Assembly (NCBI GenBank): GCA_963696385.1
Contig: CAVOKF010000005.1
Span: 1,248,001 to 1,312,000, forward strand
From: an uncultured delta proteobacterium
GTDB taxonomy: Bacteria > Myxococcota_A > Polyangia > Polyangiales > Polyangiaceae
Direction of reading: 5' to 3'
Length of the DNA stretch: 64,000 nucleotides
In this document: positions 1 through 10,438 of the stretch, piece after piece
Layout of the letters: every line of letters starts with the position of its first letter
Position numbering within the stretch: position 1 is the stretch's first letter
Program-made: the position numbers and the translations under genes
Notes under the pieces: model-generated
The model's database searches: none
What the model was told of the DNA's origin: nothing
The model's input: only the letters and a program-made list of their open reading frames with translations

Positions 1-2798
1 GCGAGCGCCAAGCAAACCAGGGTCGCTACGGCGCTAAACCCGACCAAAGCGGCCGAGAAATCGAGCGCCTCCGGCCATGGGCGCCGGTAGTTGTACGTGA
101 AGAGATGCAAAAGCCGAATAGCGCCCGGTTGATCGGCCGACTCGCCGCGGAAGATCAGGTCGCGCGCGACCACCAGAAGCAGCAAGGCGGCGGCGACTGC
201 ACCTCCAGCCAGCATGCGCGAAGCGTGCGCACTCGGCTCGTCGTCTCGCTCGAGGTTGCGGTCGTCGGGGGGTCGCAGCAGGAATACGACGATGCCGATG
301 AGTGCCGCGCCTGCGACGAACAATAATCCGCCCAGGAGCGGCGACCCCGGCGACAGCGGGCTCTCGGGCTGCTTGAAGCCCATAAAGGACCCAGGTTGAG
401 TGCGCGCAATGCCGACGACCATCAGTGTCACCCCGGCGAACAGGCCGGATAGGTAAAGCGGCAGTGCCCCTCGTTGCGCGAGAGCGCGTTGCCCCAGCAT
501 GTCGTCGAGCACGAGGCCGACGAGCATGGCCACCGGTGGGACTGCGGGAAAGATGTAGTGGTGAAACTTCGTGCCCATGTACGAAAAAAGCGCGAAGCCG
601 AAAACGAACCAAAGACAGAGGAGCACCGCGGCGTCCGACCGGGCCTTGTCCTGCTCCGAGTCTCCGCACCGAAGCCACCAGAGCAAGCCGATCGGTGCGA
701 GTCCCGTCCACGGGAACAAGGCGTAGCCGAGCTGCCAAACGTAGAAGCGGAAACTCGTGTCGTCGCCTTCGTTCGTGTCGTGAACGTGGTGGAACGCCCG
801 ATTGAACATGTCGTGAAATATCAGTCGATCGGTGAACGGCGCACCATGACGCACGTACATCGCGACATACCAAGGCATTCCCACGGCCAGCAGCAAGAGC
901 AGCCCGGTGACGATCTCGAATTGAGGAATCTCGCGCACGATGCGCACGACGCGTGTCACGAATTCTTCGCCGGGACGGGACGCCGCCAGATACGCGAGCG
1001 TGACCAGGACGGGAATCCCGAACCCCGCAGGGCCCTTGCCGAGCGTGGAGACGGCCGCGAAAAGCCAGCCGGCCAGATAGCAAAGACGTCGAACGCGGCG
1101 CTCTCCCCAGCTCATGTACAACGTGACGCCCAGAGCCAGGGCCCAGATGCCGCCTTGCACGATGGGCTCGAATGCGCCGAACAGCCGCCAGACGACCTGG
1201 TTGAATCCGGTTGGTTTGCCGGTCAGATGAGGGATGAAGGCAGGCAGCGTGGAGTGACATTCTTCGTTACCCGGCAAGCCGCAATTGCCCAGACCGGACC
1301 CACTTCGAAACTCGTCCCAATGCCAATGGAACCCGCGCGCGCCGGGCCGCCAGAGAAACTCGATGTTGCGAGAGCACAGATACAGAATCTGTGGCAAGGC
1401 GCAGAGGAGGATCGCGCCGAAGACGAGGTGCCACGCAGTGAGTCGAAACCGAGCGCGGCCGACGATGACTTCGTAGGCGCGAGCCTCGGTTTCCGGAGAC
1501 GCGTTGAGTCCGATCATGACGAATGCGATGCTTGCCGTCATCGTGGCGACGAACGGCATGTCGGTCATCGTTTGATGTGCGAGAAAATACCAGTCGGGCA
1601 TCGTGGCGAGGACGAGGCTCCCGAGGAACGCGGCGCGGCGCCCGAACGCCTTCGCGACCGCCTTGTACAAGACGTACATCGCCAGAATCGTCACGAGCAC
1701 GACGGGAGCGCGCACCGCCCACTCGGGGTGCATGATCGGCGCCGTCCCGTTGCCGATGAGCATCTTGTCCGGCTGATAGTGGACTCCGAGCGTCGCCATC
1801 GCGATCGCCTGCATCCACATGTCGAGCACGGGCTTGCTCCAGAACCAGCCGTCCTGCGCCCACCAAAGGCTAATCCAATCGTCGCGGGCCAGAATCTCTC
1901 GAGAGACCTCGCCGTAATGGGTCTCCCACGGATCCCAGAGCGCCGAGGTACCCATGAGTGGAAAATACAGTGCCGCGGCGATTGCGATCACCCAGAACCC
2001 GTGACGCCTCCAGAGCGGACGCTCCACGCCCGCGTCTTCGAGCTGCCACGCCCCAAGCTTTAGACCCAGGTCGAACAGGGTGGCTACGCCTCCGACGAAC
2101 GCGAGCGTCACCACGACTCCCCACGCTTTTTGCGGCAACACACTGCCCGACGAGGCGAATCCCAACGCGGCGACGAAGGCGAGCCAGGTGCTCGCGCACG
2201 CGGCAAGCGGACCGGCGAGCGTACGGAGCGTCGTCGACCTCGCAACGCGGTCGTTTGGATCGTCGAACGTTCCAAGCAAATCCATCACGCCCCAGGTCGC
2301 GACCCCGACGAAGATCGTCCCGACCGGGACGCCCCATCGCCATTGGCCTTCGCGGCCCATCAAGACCAAGGACGCGATGGACGCCAGGACCATCGGCACC
2401 CCGCCGCGCACGAGCCGTAGCGGGTTCCCAGGGCGCAGCAGTGGCGCGGACTCTCGTGGGGCGTCCGAAGCGGCGGTGCCGTCGTTCCCTGACTGGGGCT
2501 TGGGGACGGTGGAACCCGTCAGCACGCTGGCCCCCGAGCCGCCTTCGTCGCGCGGCGAAGCGCCCGGGTCGGCACCCTGCGGCGCCGTCATGTAAGCGAT
2601 GAATGCCGCCACGAACGATGCGGCGGCGCCCGCCCAGAGGGCAACGGGCAAAACGGCACCCCCGCGGTCCGTCGCGCGCAACGCGGCGCTTATCGCGATC
2701 ATGACGCACCCGCTGACGTTGAGCCATCGCCGCATCACGCCCGCCTTGGCGGACAATGCGACGTAGCGAACCGGCTCGCTGGTGTTCGTGTCGGTCAT
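1..2798 (-). CDS. ArnT/PMT-like (GT-C) membrane glycosyltransferase, 3' end runs off the window
   Basis: Not in the ORF track because it is open at the edge. Manual translation: ATG 2798 MTDTNTSEPVRY..., same frame LYFPLMGTSALWDPWETHYGEVSREILARDDWISLWWAQDGWFWSKP (ArnT-type DE/KP motifs), and the same frame is still open at base 1 (LHLFTYNYRRPWPEALDF). Many hydrophobic segments. Confidence 0.8.
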   Translation of the reverse strand, partial: MTDTNTSEPVRYVALSAKAGVMRRWLNVSGCVMIAISAALRATDRGGAVLPVALWAGAAASFVAAFIAYMTAPQGADPGASPRDEGGSGASVLTGSTVPKPQSGNDGTAASDAPRESAPLLRPGNPLRLVRGGVPMVLASIASLVLMGREGQWRWGVPVGTIFVGVATWGVMDLLGTFDDPNDRVARSTTLRTLAGPLAACASTWLAFVAALGFASSGSVLPQKAWGVVVTLAFVGGVATLFDLGLKLGAWQLEDAGVERPLWRRHGFWVIAIAAALYFPLMGTSALWDPWETHYGEVSREILARDDWISLWWAQDGWFWSKPVLDMWMQAIAMATLGVHYQPDKMLIGNGTAPIMHPEWAVRAPVVLVTILAMYVLYKAVAKAFGRRAAFLGSLVLATMPDWYFLAHQTMTDMPFVATMTASIAFVMIGLNASPETEARAYEVIVGRARFRLTAWHLVFGAILLCALPQILYLCSRNIEFLWRPGARGFHWHWDEFRSGSGLGNCGLPGNEECHSTLPAFIPHLTGKPTGFNQVVWRLFGAFEPIVQGGIWALALGVTLYMSWGERRVRRLCYLAGWLFAAVSTLGKGPAGFGIPVLVTLAYLAASRPGEEFVTRVVRIVREIPQFEIVTGLLLLLAVGMPWYVAMYVRHGAPFTDRLIFHDMFNRAFHHVHDTNEGDDTSFRFYVWQLGYALFPWTGLAPIGLLWWLRCGDSEQDKARSDAAVLLCLWFVFGFALFSYMGTKFHHYIFPAVPPVAMLVGLVLDDMLGQRALAQRGALPLYLSGLFAGVTLMVVGIARTQPGSFMGFKQPESPLSPGSPLLGGLLFVAGAALIGIVVFLLRPPDDRNLERDDEPSAHASRMLAGGAVAAALLLLVVARDLIFRGESADQPGAIRLLHLFTYNYRRPWPEALDFSAALVGFSAVATLVCLAL

Positions 2799-2901
2799 GT
2801 CGGAAGCTGTCGGCGGATAAGGGCCGGCCAAGCCTGCCGACCGCGCCCGACGGCATTAGCAACTTTGAGCGTCGCGCACTAGGAGTTCGTCGGCCTGACC
2901 C

Positions 2902-5811
2902 TCAAAGCTCGTCCGCGACCCGCCGTGCCGCGACGAGGCCCAACTTGGCTTCCGCCAGGGCCTGCCGCTGCGCGAGGGCCTCGTCCACGACCTCCTTGGG
3001 CGCGCGATCCGCAAAGCCCGGTGACGCGAGCTTCTTGTCGATGGCGGCGAGCTCCTTGTCGATCTTTCGGACCTCGCGTTCGATGCGTGAGCGCTCGGAT
3101 TCGGCGTCGACCAGGCCTTTGAGGGTGACGACGACCTCGATAGGACCGTGTGCGCTCGGCACGAGGCTTACGGTTGTACCCGTCTCTCGCACTCCTGCCG
3201 TGCTCATGAACTGCGGCAGGTTCCGGGTCTTCACGAGAAAACGGATGGCCGTGCCGTGGTCGCGCAGGAATCCTAGGACCTCCGCGCTATCCGACCGGAC
3301 GCTCATCGGAACATCGGTCTTGTGCTCGACGCCGTGCTCGCTGCGAATCGTTCGGGCGGCGGACACGACCGACTTGAAGAGGTCCATCCATTCATCCACA
3401 CCGGCATCGCGGCTCTCGCCTTCCTCGTTCGTCATGGGGTAGGGTGCTAAGGCGAGCGTTGCTGGGCGCGAGTGGGGACGCGGTACGCGCTGCCACAGCT
3501 CCTCGGTGATGAAGGGCATGAAGGGGTGCATCAGGCGCAGGCTTCCTTCGATCACATACGCGAGGGTCCGCTGCGTTTCGGCGACGAGGTCCGGGGGGGC
3601 CCCCTCGCCGTCGATGGGGTGGCGCAGGATGGGCTTGACGAGTTCGAGGTACCAGGAACAGAGCTCGTCCCAAAAAAAGTGGTAGACGGCCTGAGCCGCC
3701 TCGTCGATCCGAAAGCCGTCAAGCCCGTCACGCGCCCGTTCGACCGCCGCTGCGAACCGAGAACGAACCCAGCGGTTGTAGAAGCCGCGGGCAGCGTCGC
3801 GATGCCCGTCTTCACGGACGGCGACGGGTGTGTTGTGCAGCCGGGCCCGCGCCGCTTGCGAGTCTTGCCCCCAAGCGTAGTCGCCGAGCAGCTCGAGGGC
3901 GAGGCGGGTCGCGTTCCAGATCTTGTTGAGGAAATGGCGATTGCCCTCGATGCGCTTCGGCGCGAGCGCAATGCGCTTGTTGCTCGGTGGGTAGGTCGCC
4001 AACGTAAACCGTACCGCGTCGGCACCAAATGCCGCGAAGCCCGCGCCCATGGCCGCCGTCGACGGATAGGCCTTGCGAAACTTGGCGAGCGCTTCGCCAT
4101 CCGGCACCCCAGGCTGGGTACTCTTGACCATGTCGGCGAACGCCTTACCGTTGACCAGGTCCAGCGGATCGATGACGTTGCCCTTCACTTTGCTCATTTT
4201 CTCGCCCGTCTCGTCGACGACGAGGCCGTGAAGCAAGATGCGTCGGAAGGGGACGTCTCCGGTGAAATGGATGCCGAACATCATCATTCGAGCGACCCAA
4301 AAAAAGAGAATGTCGTAGCCCGTCTCGAGGTCGCTCGCCGGGTAGAACTTGGCAAGGGCGGGGGTCGCCTCGGGCCAACCAAGCGTCGAGAACGGCCAGA
4401 GCGCACTCGAGAACCATGTGTCGAGTACGTCGGGGTCTTGTCTCCAGGGGTTTTGTGGCCCTTCGTCGCCGATCCCATCGGGCCGCTCGCGCGCGACTCG
4501 GATTTCGCCATTCGGGCCATACCACGCAGGAATCTGGTGACCCCACCATAGCTGTCGAGACACGCACCAGTCCTGAATGTTTTCGAGGAAATGGTCGTAC
4601 GTCTTGGTCCATTCCGCGGGGAGGATCGTGACCCGGCCCGAATGCACGGCGTCGAGAGCGCGGTCCGCCATGGTCCGCATTCTCACGAACCACTGCGTCG
4701 AAATCATCGGCTCGACGACACCGCCGGACCGCGAGCAGCGAGGCAAGGTCAGCATGTGGGGCTTGCTGCCTCGCGCGAGTCCTTTTTCCTCGAGCGCCTT
4801 CTTGACCGCGCGCCGAGCTTCCTTCCGATCCAAGCCCGCAAAGCGCCCGGCGTTGGCGTTGAGCGTGCCATCGAGGTTCAAGATGTTGATCTCTTCGAGG
4901 GCGTGCCGCTTGCCTGTGGCGAAGTCGTTGAAATCGTGCGCGGGCGTCACCTTGACGGCCCCGGTGCCAAATTTCGGATCGACAAGAACCGCGTCGGTGA
5001 TGATGGGAATGGTTCGGTCGACGAAGGGATGCCGCGCCCGCTTGCCGTGCAGCATGCGGTAACGCGGATCGTCCGGGTGGACGGCAATGGCCGTGTCACC
5101 CAGCATCGTTTCCGGGCGCGTGGTCGCGACCACAATCTCGCCCTGATCGTCGACCGGGTACGCGAACTCGAACAGTTCGCCGCTCACTCCTTCGTCGTTG
5201 TCGACTTCGAGATCGCTGAGCGAGGTCGCGCACTCGGGACACCAATTGATGAGCCGCGTTGCCCGGTACATCAAGCCTTGCTCGTAAAGGCGCACGAAGG
5301 CCTCGACGACGGCGACATTCATCGGAGGGTCCATCGTGAAGCGGGAGCGGGACCAGTCCGCGCTCGCGCCGAGCAGGCGCTCTTGCTCGAGGATCCGGTC
5401 GCCCGTTTCTCGGCGCCATTCCCAGACGCGCTGGACGAATTCGTTGCGTCCGATCGCGTGACGCGAGACGCCCTGCCTTGCGAGCTGCCGCTCGACCACC
5501 AGCTGTGCCGCGATCCCCGCGTGGTCCGTTCCGGGCTGCCAAAGCACGTTGTAGCCGCGCATGCGATGAAAGCGCACGAGTGCGTCCTGCAACGTGATGA
5601 AGAGCGCGTGGCCCATGTGCAAGGATCCCGTGACGTTGGGGGGCGGCATCGGAACGACGTAGGCCGGACGCTCGTCCGCAGCGGAATCGGTCGCGGCGAA
5701 AACGCCATGGTCTTCCCAAAAGCGATACCAGCGCGGCTCGACGACGGCCGGGTCGTACGGCTGGTCGAGTGCTGGGGAGGCGGGGGCCGGGGGAGAAACG
5801 CGATCCGTCAT
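2902..5811 (-). CDS. valS: Valine--tRNA ligase
   Basis: PPPNVTGSLHMGH (HIGH), KMSKVKGN (KMSKS), DWCVSRQLWWGH, C-terminal coiled coil KKLASPGFADRAP. Confidence 0.98.
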   Translation of the reverse strand: MTDRVSPPAPASPALDQPYDPAVVEPRWYRFWEDHGVFAATDSAADERPAYVVPMPPPNVTGSLHMGHALFITLQDALVRFHRMRGYNVLWQPGTDHAGIAAQLVVERQLARQGVSRHAIGRNEFVQRVWEWRRETGDRILEQERLLGASADWSRSRFTMDPPMNVAVVEAFVRLYEQGLMYRATRLINWCPECATSLSDLEVDNDEGVSGELFEFAYPVDDQGEIVVATTRPETMLGDTAIAVHPDDPRYRMLHGKRARHPFVDRTIPIITDAVLVDPKFGTGAVKVTPAHDFNDFATGKRHALEEINILNLDGTLNANAGRFAGLDRKEARRAVKKALEEKGLARGSKPHMLTLPRCSRSGGVVEPMISTQWFVRMRTMADRALDAVHSGRVTILPAEWTKTYDHFLENIQDWCVSRQLWWGHQIPAWYGPNGEIRVARERPDGIGDEGPQNPWRQDPDVLDTWFSSALWPFSTLGWPEATPALAKFYPASDLETGYDILFFWVARMMMFGIHFTGDVPFRRILLHGLVVDETGEKMSKVKGNVIDPLDLVNGKAFADMVKSTQPGVPDGEALAKFRKAYPSTAAMGAGFAAFGADAVRFTLATYPPSNKRIALAPKRIEGNRHFLNKIWNATRLALELLGDYAWGQDSQAARARLHNTPVAVREDGHRDAARGFYNRWVRSRFAAAVERARDGLDGFRIDEAAQAVYHFFWDELCSWYLELVKPILRHPIDGEGAPPDLVAETQRTLAYVIEGSLRLMHPFMPFITEELWQRVPRPHSRPATLALAPYPMTNEEGESRDAGVDEWMDLFKSVVSAARTIRSEHGVEHKTDVPMSVRSDSAEVLGFLRDHGTAIRFLVKTRNLPQFMSTAGVRETGTTVSLVPSAHGPIEVVVTLKGLVDAESERSRIEREVRKIDKELAAIDKKLASPGFADRAPKEVVDEALAQRQALAEAKLGLVAARRVADEL

Positions 5812-5907
5812 CGGAGGCCTGGCGTAGCGCGGTTCGGCGGAGACCTCATCCCCGGCGCTCTCGTCCGTCAGGTACCCCCATGCGCCACGACGTTATGGCC
5901 TCGGCGC

Positions 5908-7197
5908 TCACGGGTCCGAGTCCTCGGGGCGGTCCCCCGGCGCTGTCCGAACCTTCTTGCGGCCCCGAAAGATGAGCTTTGCATCCTGGAGCGACGCGCC
6001 TTGGATGAAGTAGGCGCCCGCCGCGGCACCTATGGCCATCGTCGCGCTGAAGGCAACCCCGGCGGAAATGACCGGTCCGCCAGCGGGGGCGACGACCTTG
6101 ACGAGCGCTCGGACGGCTTCGCGGAGCAGGAACGCCACGCCGACGTTTGCCCCGAGACCCGCGAGAAACTCGGACGCTCCACGTCGGTCGACCGAGCGCC
6201 CCGCTATCCATGCGATGGAGGCCACAAGGCCTGCCTGGAGCGTTGTCAAAGGGAAAATGTCGGCAATCGGAATCGGTGCCGCCGCGATGCCGGCGCATAC
6301 CGCGGCAGTTGCCTTCGTGAGCGTGGCGGCAAGCTCCTCCTGCACGACGCGAGCGCGTGTGACGCGCGCGAGTTCGGCGCGACCCGCCTCCGGCAGGTGT
6401 CGGAAGAGGATGGAGGCGAGATCATCCATTCGCCATCGCTCGTCCGCACGGAGCGTTCCGTCGGGGCGCCATGACATGTATACGGACACTCCAAGCGTCG
6501 CGACGTGGCGCTCGTGCAGCCGGGCCCGCCGTTCGATCTGCAGGGCGACGGCGTGTTCGGCGGCCGCCACGTGGCGCCGCTTCTCGTCGACTTCCTCAGG
6601 TGGCTCCGTGTCGGCCGAGTGCAGTCGCACGCCCTTGGGCTCGAGCAAGTCGCAGTGGGTGACGACGGCAATGAGGGGCGGTTCGCTCCGGTGTGCTCGT
6701 CGAAGTTCGTCGTAAACGCGATCGAGTGCGTCGAGATCGCGATCGATCGCGGCGTCGACTTCGCTCGCCTTCGCCACGAACAGCACCAGATCGGCGAATT
6801 TGGCGCGAAGCTCGAGAGCGATCGAGTCGATAGCGGTCTTTGCATCGTCGGCCTCGGCAGGGGGCGACCCCTCCTGGATGCCGCGGGTGTCGAGGATGGA
6901 CAGAGCGCCCCCGTCGCGCTCGTAGTCGTACCAGCGGCCCCGCCCCGTCTGTGCCGTCACGTGCCCCAACTCCGCCACTTTCGCCCCGAAGAGCGCATTG
7001 ACGAGCGACGATTTGCCGGCCCCGCGCCGTCCGACGAGCACCAGAGCCGGGGGCCGCTTCTCGAGGACGACGGTTCGGAGCGTTGCGATCCGCATGCGCA
7101 GATCTTTGGCGATGTCGACGGGGAGTCGTTCGAGCAAATCCTCGAGCCGCGCGATGGCGCGCGCCAGCATCTTCAGGGCTTCGTTGTCGGCGGGCAT
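5908..7197 (-). CDS. TRAFAC (Era/YeeP/YcjF-like) GTPase with hydrophobic C-terminal DUF697-like region
   Basis: G1 GRRGAGKSS, G3 DTRG, G4-like THCD, C-terminal PIPIADIFPLTTLQ followed by Gly/Ala-rich hydrophobic helices. Confidence 0.75.
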   Translation of the reverse strand: MPADNEALKMLARAIARLEDLLERLPVDIAKDLRMRIATLRTVVLEKRPPALVLVGRRGAGKSSLVNALFGAKVAELGHVTAQTGRGRWYDYERDGGALSILDTRGIQEGSPPAEADDAKTAIDSIALELRAKFADLVLFVAKASEVDAAIDRDLDALDRVYDELRRAHRSEPPLIAVVTHCDLLEPKGVRLHSADTEPPEEVDEKRRHVAAAEHAVALQIERRARLHERHVATLGVSVYMSWRPDGTLRADERWRMDDLASILFRHLPEAGRAELARVTRARVVQEELAATLTKATAAVCAGIAAAPIPIADIFPLTTLQAGLVASIAWIAGRSVDRRGASEFLAGLGANVGVAFLLREAVRALVKVVAPAGGPVISAGVAFSATMAIGAAAGAYFIQGASLQDAKLIFRGRKKVRTAPGDRPEDSDP

Positions 7198-7242
7198 CGA
7201 CGAGATTGCCGATCGGTGTGGCTGCGCCCCCGCCGGCTTCGC

Positions 7243-8196
7243 TCAGCCTTCCTTCATGATGCGCGCAATTTCCTCTTTGATAAGCGTTTCGGCAAGCTGG
7301 GGGACCACCTCCCACACGGCACGCTCGACCAACTCGCGCGAGAGCGCGAGGACGGCTTCGGCCTGTTGCCGGGTCAGCCCGATTTCGTCGAGTTTTCCGG
7401 CAAGCCGACCGTTCACCGTCGTCACCGCATCGCCGACGTGCTGGGCCGTCCCGGTCGGTTGACTCGTCGCCCCGGAGTGGACCGGCACGATTGTCGGCCC
7501 GACCGTTGGCGCCACCGTTTGAGCCTGAACCGCAGGTTGGGGCGGAGCCGCTGGTTGTGCCCCAACGGCCTGTCGAGCGGTATACGGAACGCCCGAAGGC
7601 GCCGTGCGCGACAGAGACGGAGGGCCGGCCACGGGAGCCGCGGGGCCAGGCGACGAAGCGGTCTCGAACGACAGGGTGTGGGCCCGCTGCGTGGACCACG
7701 CTGGCTTCGGAGGCGCCGCCGCCCCCGGAACCGGAACCGGAGCAGGCTGTGGGCGGGGCGGAGTGCCCCCGAAAGCGATGGCCGCGGGTTGCACCGCTGC
7801 GGCCGCCCCCGCGGGCGGGGCCGCCCGGCTTGTCTCGCGGGCAACGAGAACCCTTTTCACCTTGTCGATGAGGGCCTGGGTGTCGAAGGGCTTGTCGATG
7901 AAATCATCGACCCCCGCGTCGCGTCCGCGGTTGGCGTCGTAGGGGGCATAACGGCTCGCCATCAGCACCACGGCCAAGCCGCCAGCACGGGCGCGCAACT
8001 CCTTGGCCAAGGCGTAGCCGTCGTGGCTCCCGAGCGAGGCGTCGATGACCGCTACGACCGGTTCCTCGGCGAGCCCGGCCAAGGCGCTCGACGGGCCTTC
8101 CGCGCCGATGACCCGAAAATCCTCGCCCGCGAACGTGATCTCGAGAACTTTGCGCATCGTGACGCTGTCGTCGACGGCCAGCAGGGTCTTGGGCAC
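7243..8196 (-). CDS. romR: Polarity response regulator RomR
   Basis: GTG start at 8196 with GGAG upstream. Receiver domain (LLAVDDSVTMRK...VIDAS...DKPFD), Pro/Ala-rich linker, C-terminal SRELVERAVWEVVPQLAETLIKEEI matching RomR, and location near valS. Confidence 0.85.
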   Translation of the reverse strand: MPKTLLAVDDSVTMRKVLEITFAGEDFRVIGAEGPSSALAGLAEEPVVAVIDASLGSHDGYALAKELRARAGGLAVVLMASRYAPYDANRGRDAGVDDFIDKPFDTQALIDKVKRVLVARETSRAAPPAGAAAAVQPAAIAFGGTPPRPQPAPVPVPGAAAPPKPAWSTQRAHTLSFETASSPGPAAPVAGPPSLSRTAPSGVPYTARQAVGAQPAAPPQPAVQAQTVAPTVGPTIVPVHSGATSQPTGTAQHVGDAVTTVNGRLAGKLDEIGLTRQQAEAVLALSRELVERAVWEVVPQLAETLIKEEIARIMKEG

Positions 8197-8244
8197 GTGG
8201 CTTTCTCCGCTTCCAAACACAGTAAGCGATGAGACCGATAATGG

Positions 8245-9237
8245 GTGCGCGACGCCAGAGGTGTCAAGCGACGCGGGCCACGCCATGGTACAACAACCCC
8301 AGCTCCATTGGCGTTGCGAACGGTCGTCGTGACCCGGGATCTCGAGGGGCCGCTCGATCGGGCGGTCCGGACGATCCTCGAAGCAAGCTGGGGGAAGGCA
8401 CGGTCTTGGATCGAGGCGGGAAAGGTGCGCGTGGCCGGCACGGTCGCCACCGAGCCGACCACGCGCGTCCGTGCGGGACACGAAATCTGCATCGACGAGG
8501 GCGCGACGCGCTCGAGGCCTACACGTCTGACGGAAGACCAGGTCGTTTACGTGGACGCACAGGTGATCGTGGTCGCGAAGCCAGCGGGCGTCAGTACCGT
8601 GCCCTTCGACGATCGCGAGACGGATACTCTCGAGGGCCGCGTCCGGGCGTGGATGGATCGAAAGCGAGTGGCGCCCGGCAAGCAACGGCCCAACCTCGGC
8701 GTCGTGCACCGCCTGGACAAGGAAACGAGTGGGCTGGTCGTGTTCACCCGCACTTGGCTCGCCAAGCAGAGCCTGGCTGGCCAGTTCCGGCGCCACAGCG
8801 TGCACCGGCGTTATCTGGCGATTGCGCACGGCCGCGTCGGGGCGCGGGCCTACCGGAGCTGGCTCGTCGACAACCGTGGCGATGGCTTGCGCGGATCCGT
8901 CCGTGGCACGCCGCCGACGCACGCTCGCGAAGCGATCACGCACGTCGAGCCGCTCGAGGCGCTCGCTCAAGCGACGCTGGTCGCGTGCCGCCTCGAGACC
9001 GGGCGCACCCATCAGATTCGCATCCACTTGAGCGAGTCGGGTCATCCGATCGTAGGCGACCGGGTCTACACGCGACGCTACAGCGGTTCGTTGATCGAGG
9101 CCCCGCGTCTGATGCTCCACGCGAGCGAGCTCGGTTTCGTGCATCCGGCCACCGAGCAGCCGGTTCGGTGGGAGCGCGCGATGCCGGATGACATGGCTGC
9201 AGTCCTTGACCGGCTCCGCCATACTCCACAGGGATGA
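8245..9237 (+). CDS. RluA/RluD-family pseudouridine synthase (start uncertain)
   Basis: S4-like N-terminus, KPAG, VHRLDKETSG (catalytic Asp), LETGRTHQIRIH, LMLHA. Confidence 0.92.
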   Translation: MRDARGVKRRGPRHGTTTPAPLALRTVVVTRDLEGPLDRAVRTILEASWGKARSWIEAGKVRVAGTVATEPTTRVRAGHEICIDEGATRSRPTRLTEDQVVYVDAQVIVVAKPAGVSTVPFDDRETDTLEGRVRAWMDRKRVAPGKQRPNLGVVHRLDKETSGLVVFTRTWLAKQSLAGQFRRHSVHRRYLAIAHGRVGARAYRSWLVDNRGDGLRGSVRGTPPTHAREAITHVEPLEALAQATLVACRLETGRTHQIRIHLSESGHPIVGDRVYTRRYSGSLIEAPRLMLHASELGFVHPATEQPVRWERAMPDDMAAVLDRLRHTPQG

Positions 9238-9361
9238 GCGGGACGCTCACGCAAGCCTTGGGGGGCAACGATTTTCCGCGATCGGCGAGGTCTCCCGTCT
9301 CGGCATTTTTCGAGGGACCGCGCAAGGGCCCGACAATAGTGCTAAAAATGGATCCGATCGA

Positions 9362-10420
9362 ATGTCCGAGCTCAGCGCCCGCGCCAGGCAGGTGCTTTAC
9401 CACTGCGTAACGGAATACGTGGCCACCGGCGAGCCGGTGGGGTCACGAACGCTCGCCAAGAAATCGGGTCTCGATCTCTCCCCAGCGAGTATCCGTAACG
9501 TTCTCGCCGACCTCGAAGACATGGGGTACTTGCGACAGCCGCACACGAGCGCGGGACGAATTCCGACCGACCGTGCGTTTCGCTTGTTCATCGATGCTCT
9601 GATGCACGTTCGCGCGGTGACGAACGAAGAGGTGGCCGCCATTCGCGATCGCTTCGCGTCGTTCGAGCCCGGACAAAACGTGATGCGCGAAACGGGCAAG
9701 CTGCTCTCCGAGTTGACGGGCACAGCGGCCGTCGTCTCGGCGCCGCGCGCCGAGACGCTTGTCCTCAAGCAGCTCCGGTTTCTGCGGACCGGTCCCGACG
9801 AAGTGCTGGCCGTACTCGTCATCAAGAACGGGGCGGTGCAAAATCGCTTCCTGCGCGTGGCGATGACCGAGGCAGAGCTTCAGCGCATCCACAATCTTCT
9901 GGATGACGTCGTCGAAGGTCGAACCCTCGGTGACTTACGGGAGCTGTTCGACCGACGCTTGCTGAGCCAGCGGATCCAGCAGGACGAGACACGGCGCCGT
10001 GCGTTCGAACTGGGGGCCGAAGCCGTCGGCGACGCGGCCGACGGCGAGACCGACCTCGTCATCGAGGGCCAAGACCGCTTGCTCGAGAAGCCGGACTTCG
10101 ACGACGTCGGGCACTTCCGGCGGCTCGTCACGGCCCTGGACGCCCGAGAAAAGCTCATCAAGCTGCTCGACTTGGCGATCCAATCAAAGCGAGGTCACGT
10201 CGTCGTCGGAGAAGAATTCGGCGACTTGGGCGACGGCCAACTCGCTATCGTCGGCGCGGCCTACACCTCCCACGGGCAGACGGTGGGAACGGTCGGCGTC
10301 ATCGGGCCGACACGCATGGATTATCCGCGCGTGTTGCCGCTCGTGGCCGCGACGGCCAGTGCGATGAGCGAATTCATGGAACGATCGGAAGGCGGCAAGA
10401 AAGAACCGGACGAGCAATGA
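9362..10420 (+). CDS. hrcA: Heat-inducible transcription repressor HrcA
   Basis: YVATGEPVGSRTL, SPASIRNVLADLE, PHTSAGRIPT, GVIGPTRMDY. ATG at 9362. Confidence 0.96.
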   Translation: MSELSARARQVLYHCVTEYVATGEPVGSRTLAKKSGLDLSPASIRNVLADLEDMGYLRQPHTSAGRIPTDRAFRLFIDALMHVRAVTNEEVAAIRDRFASFEPGQNVMRETGKLLSELTGTAAVVSAPRAETLVLKQLRFLRTGPDEVLAVLVIKNGAVQNRFLRVAMTEAELQRIHNLLDDVVEGRTLGDLRELFDRRLLSQRIQQDETRRRAFELGAEAVGDAADGETDLVIEGQDRLLEKPDFDDVGHFRRLVTALDAREKLIKLLDLAIQSKRGHVVVGEEFGDLGDGQLAIVGAAYTSHGQTVGTVGVIGPTRMDYPRVLPLVAATASAMSEFMERSEGGKKEPDEQ

Positions 10421-10438
10421 TAAGCTACCGGTCCTCCG

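Noticed and set aside
474..6474. Long plus-strand ORFs (474-2063, 4591-6474) and similar shadow ORFs across the window
   Set aside because: They are antisense or off-frame to well-supported genes, which is expected in high-GC DNA, and they carry no motifs.
7243..9222. 659-aa extended RomR ORF
   Set aside because: The N-terminal extension is antisense to the pseudouridine synthase. The true start is the GTG at 8196 with an RBS.
9337..9345. CIRCE operator upstream of hrcA
   Set aside because: Only the right half (TAGTGCTAA) is present. The left half 9 nt upstream does not match TTAGCACTC.
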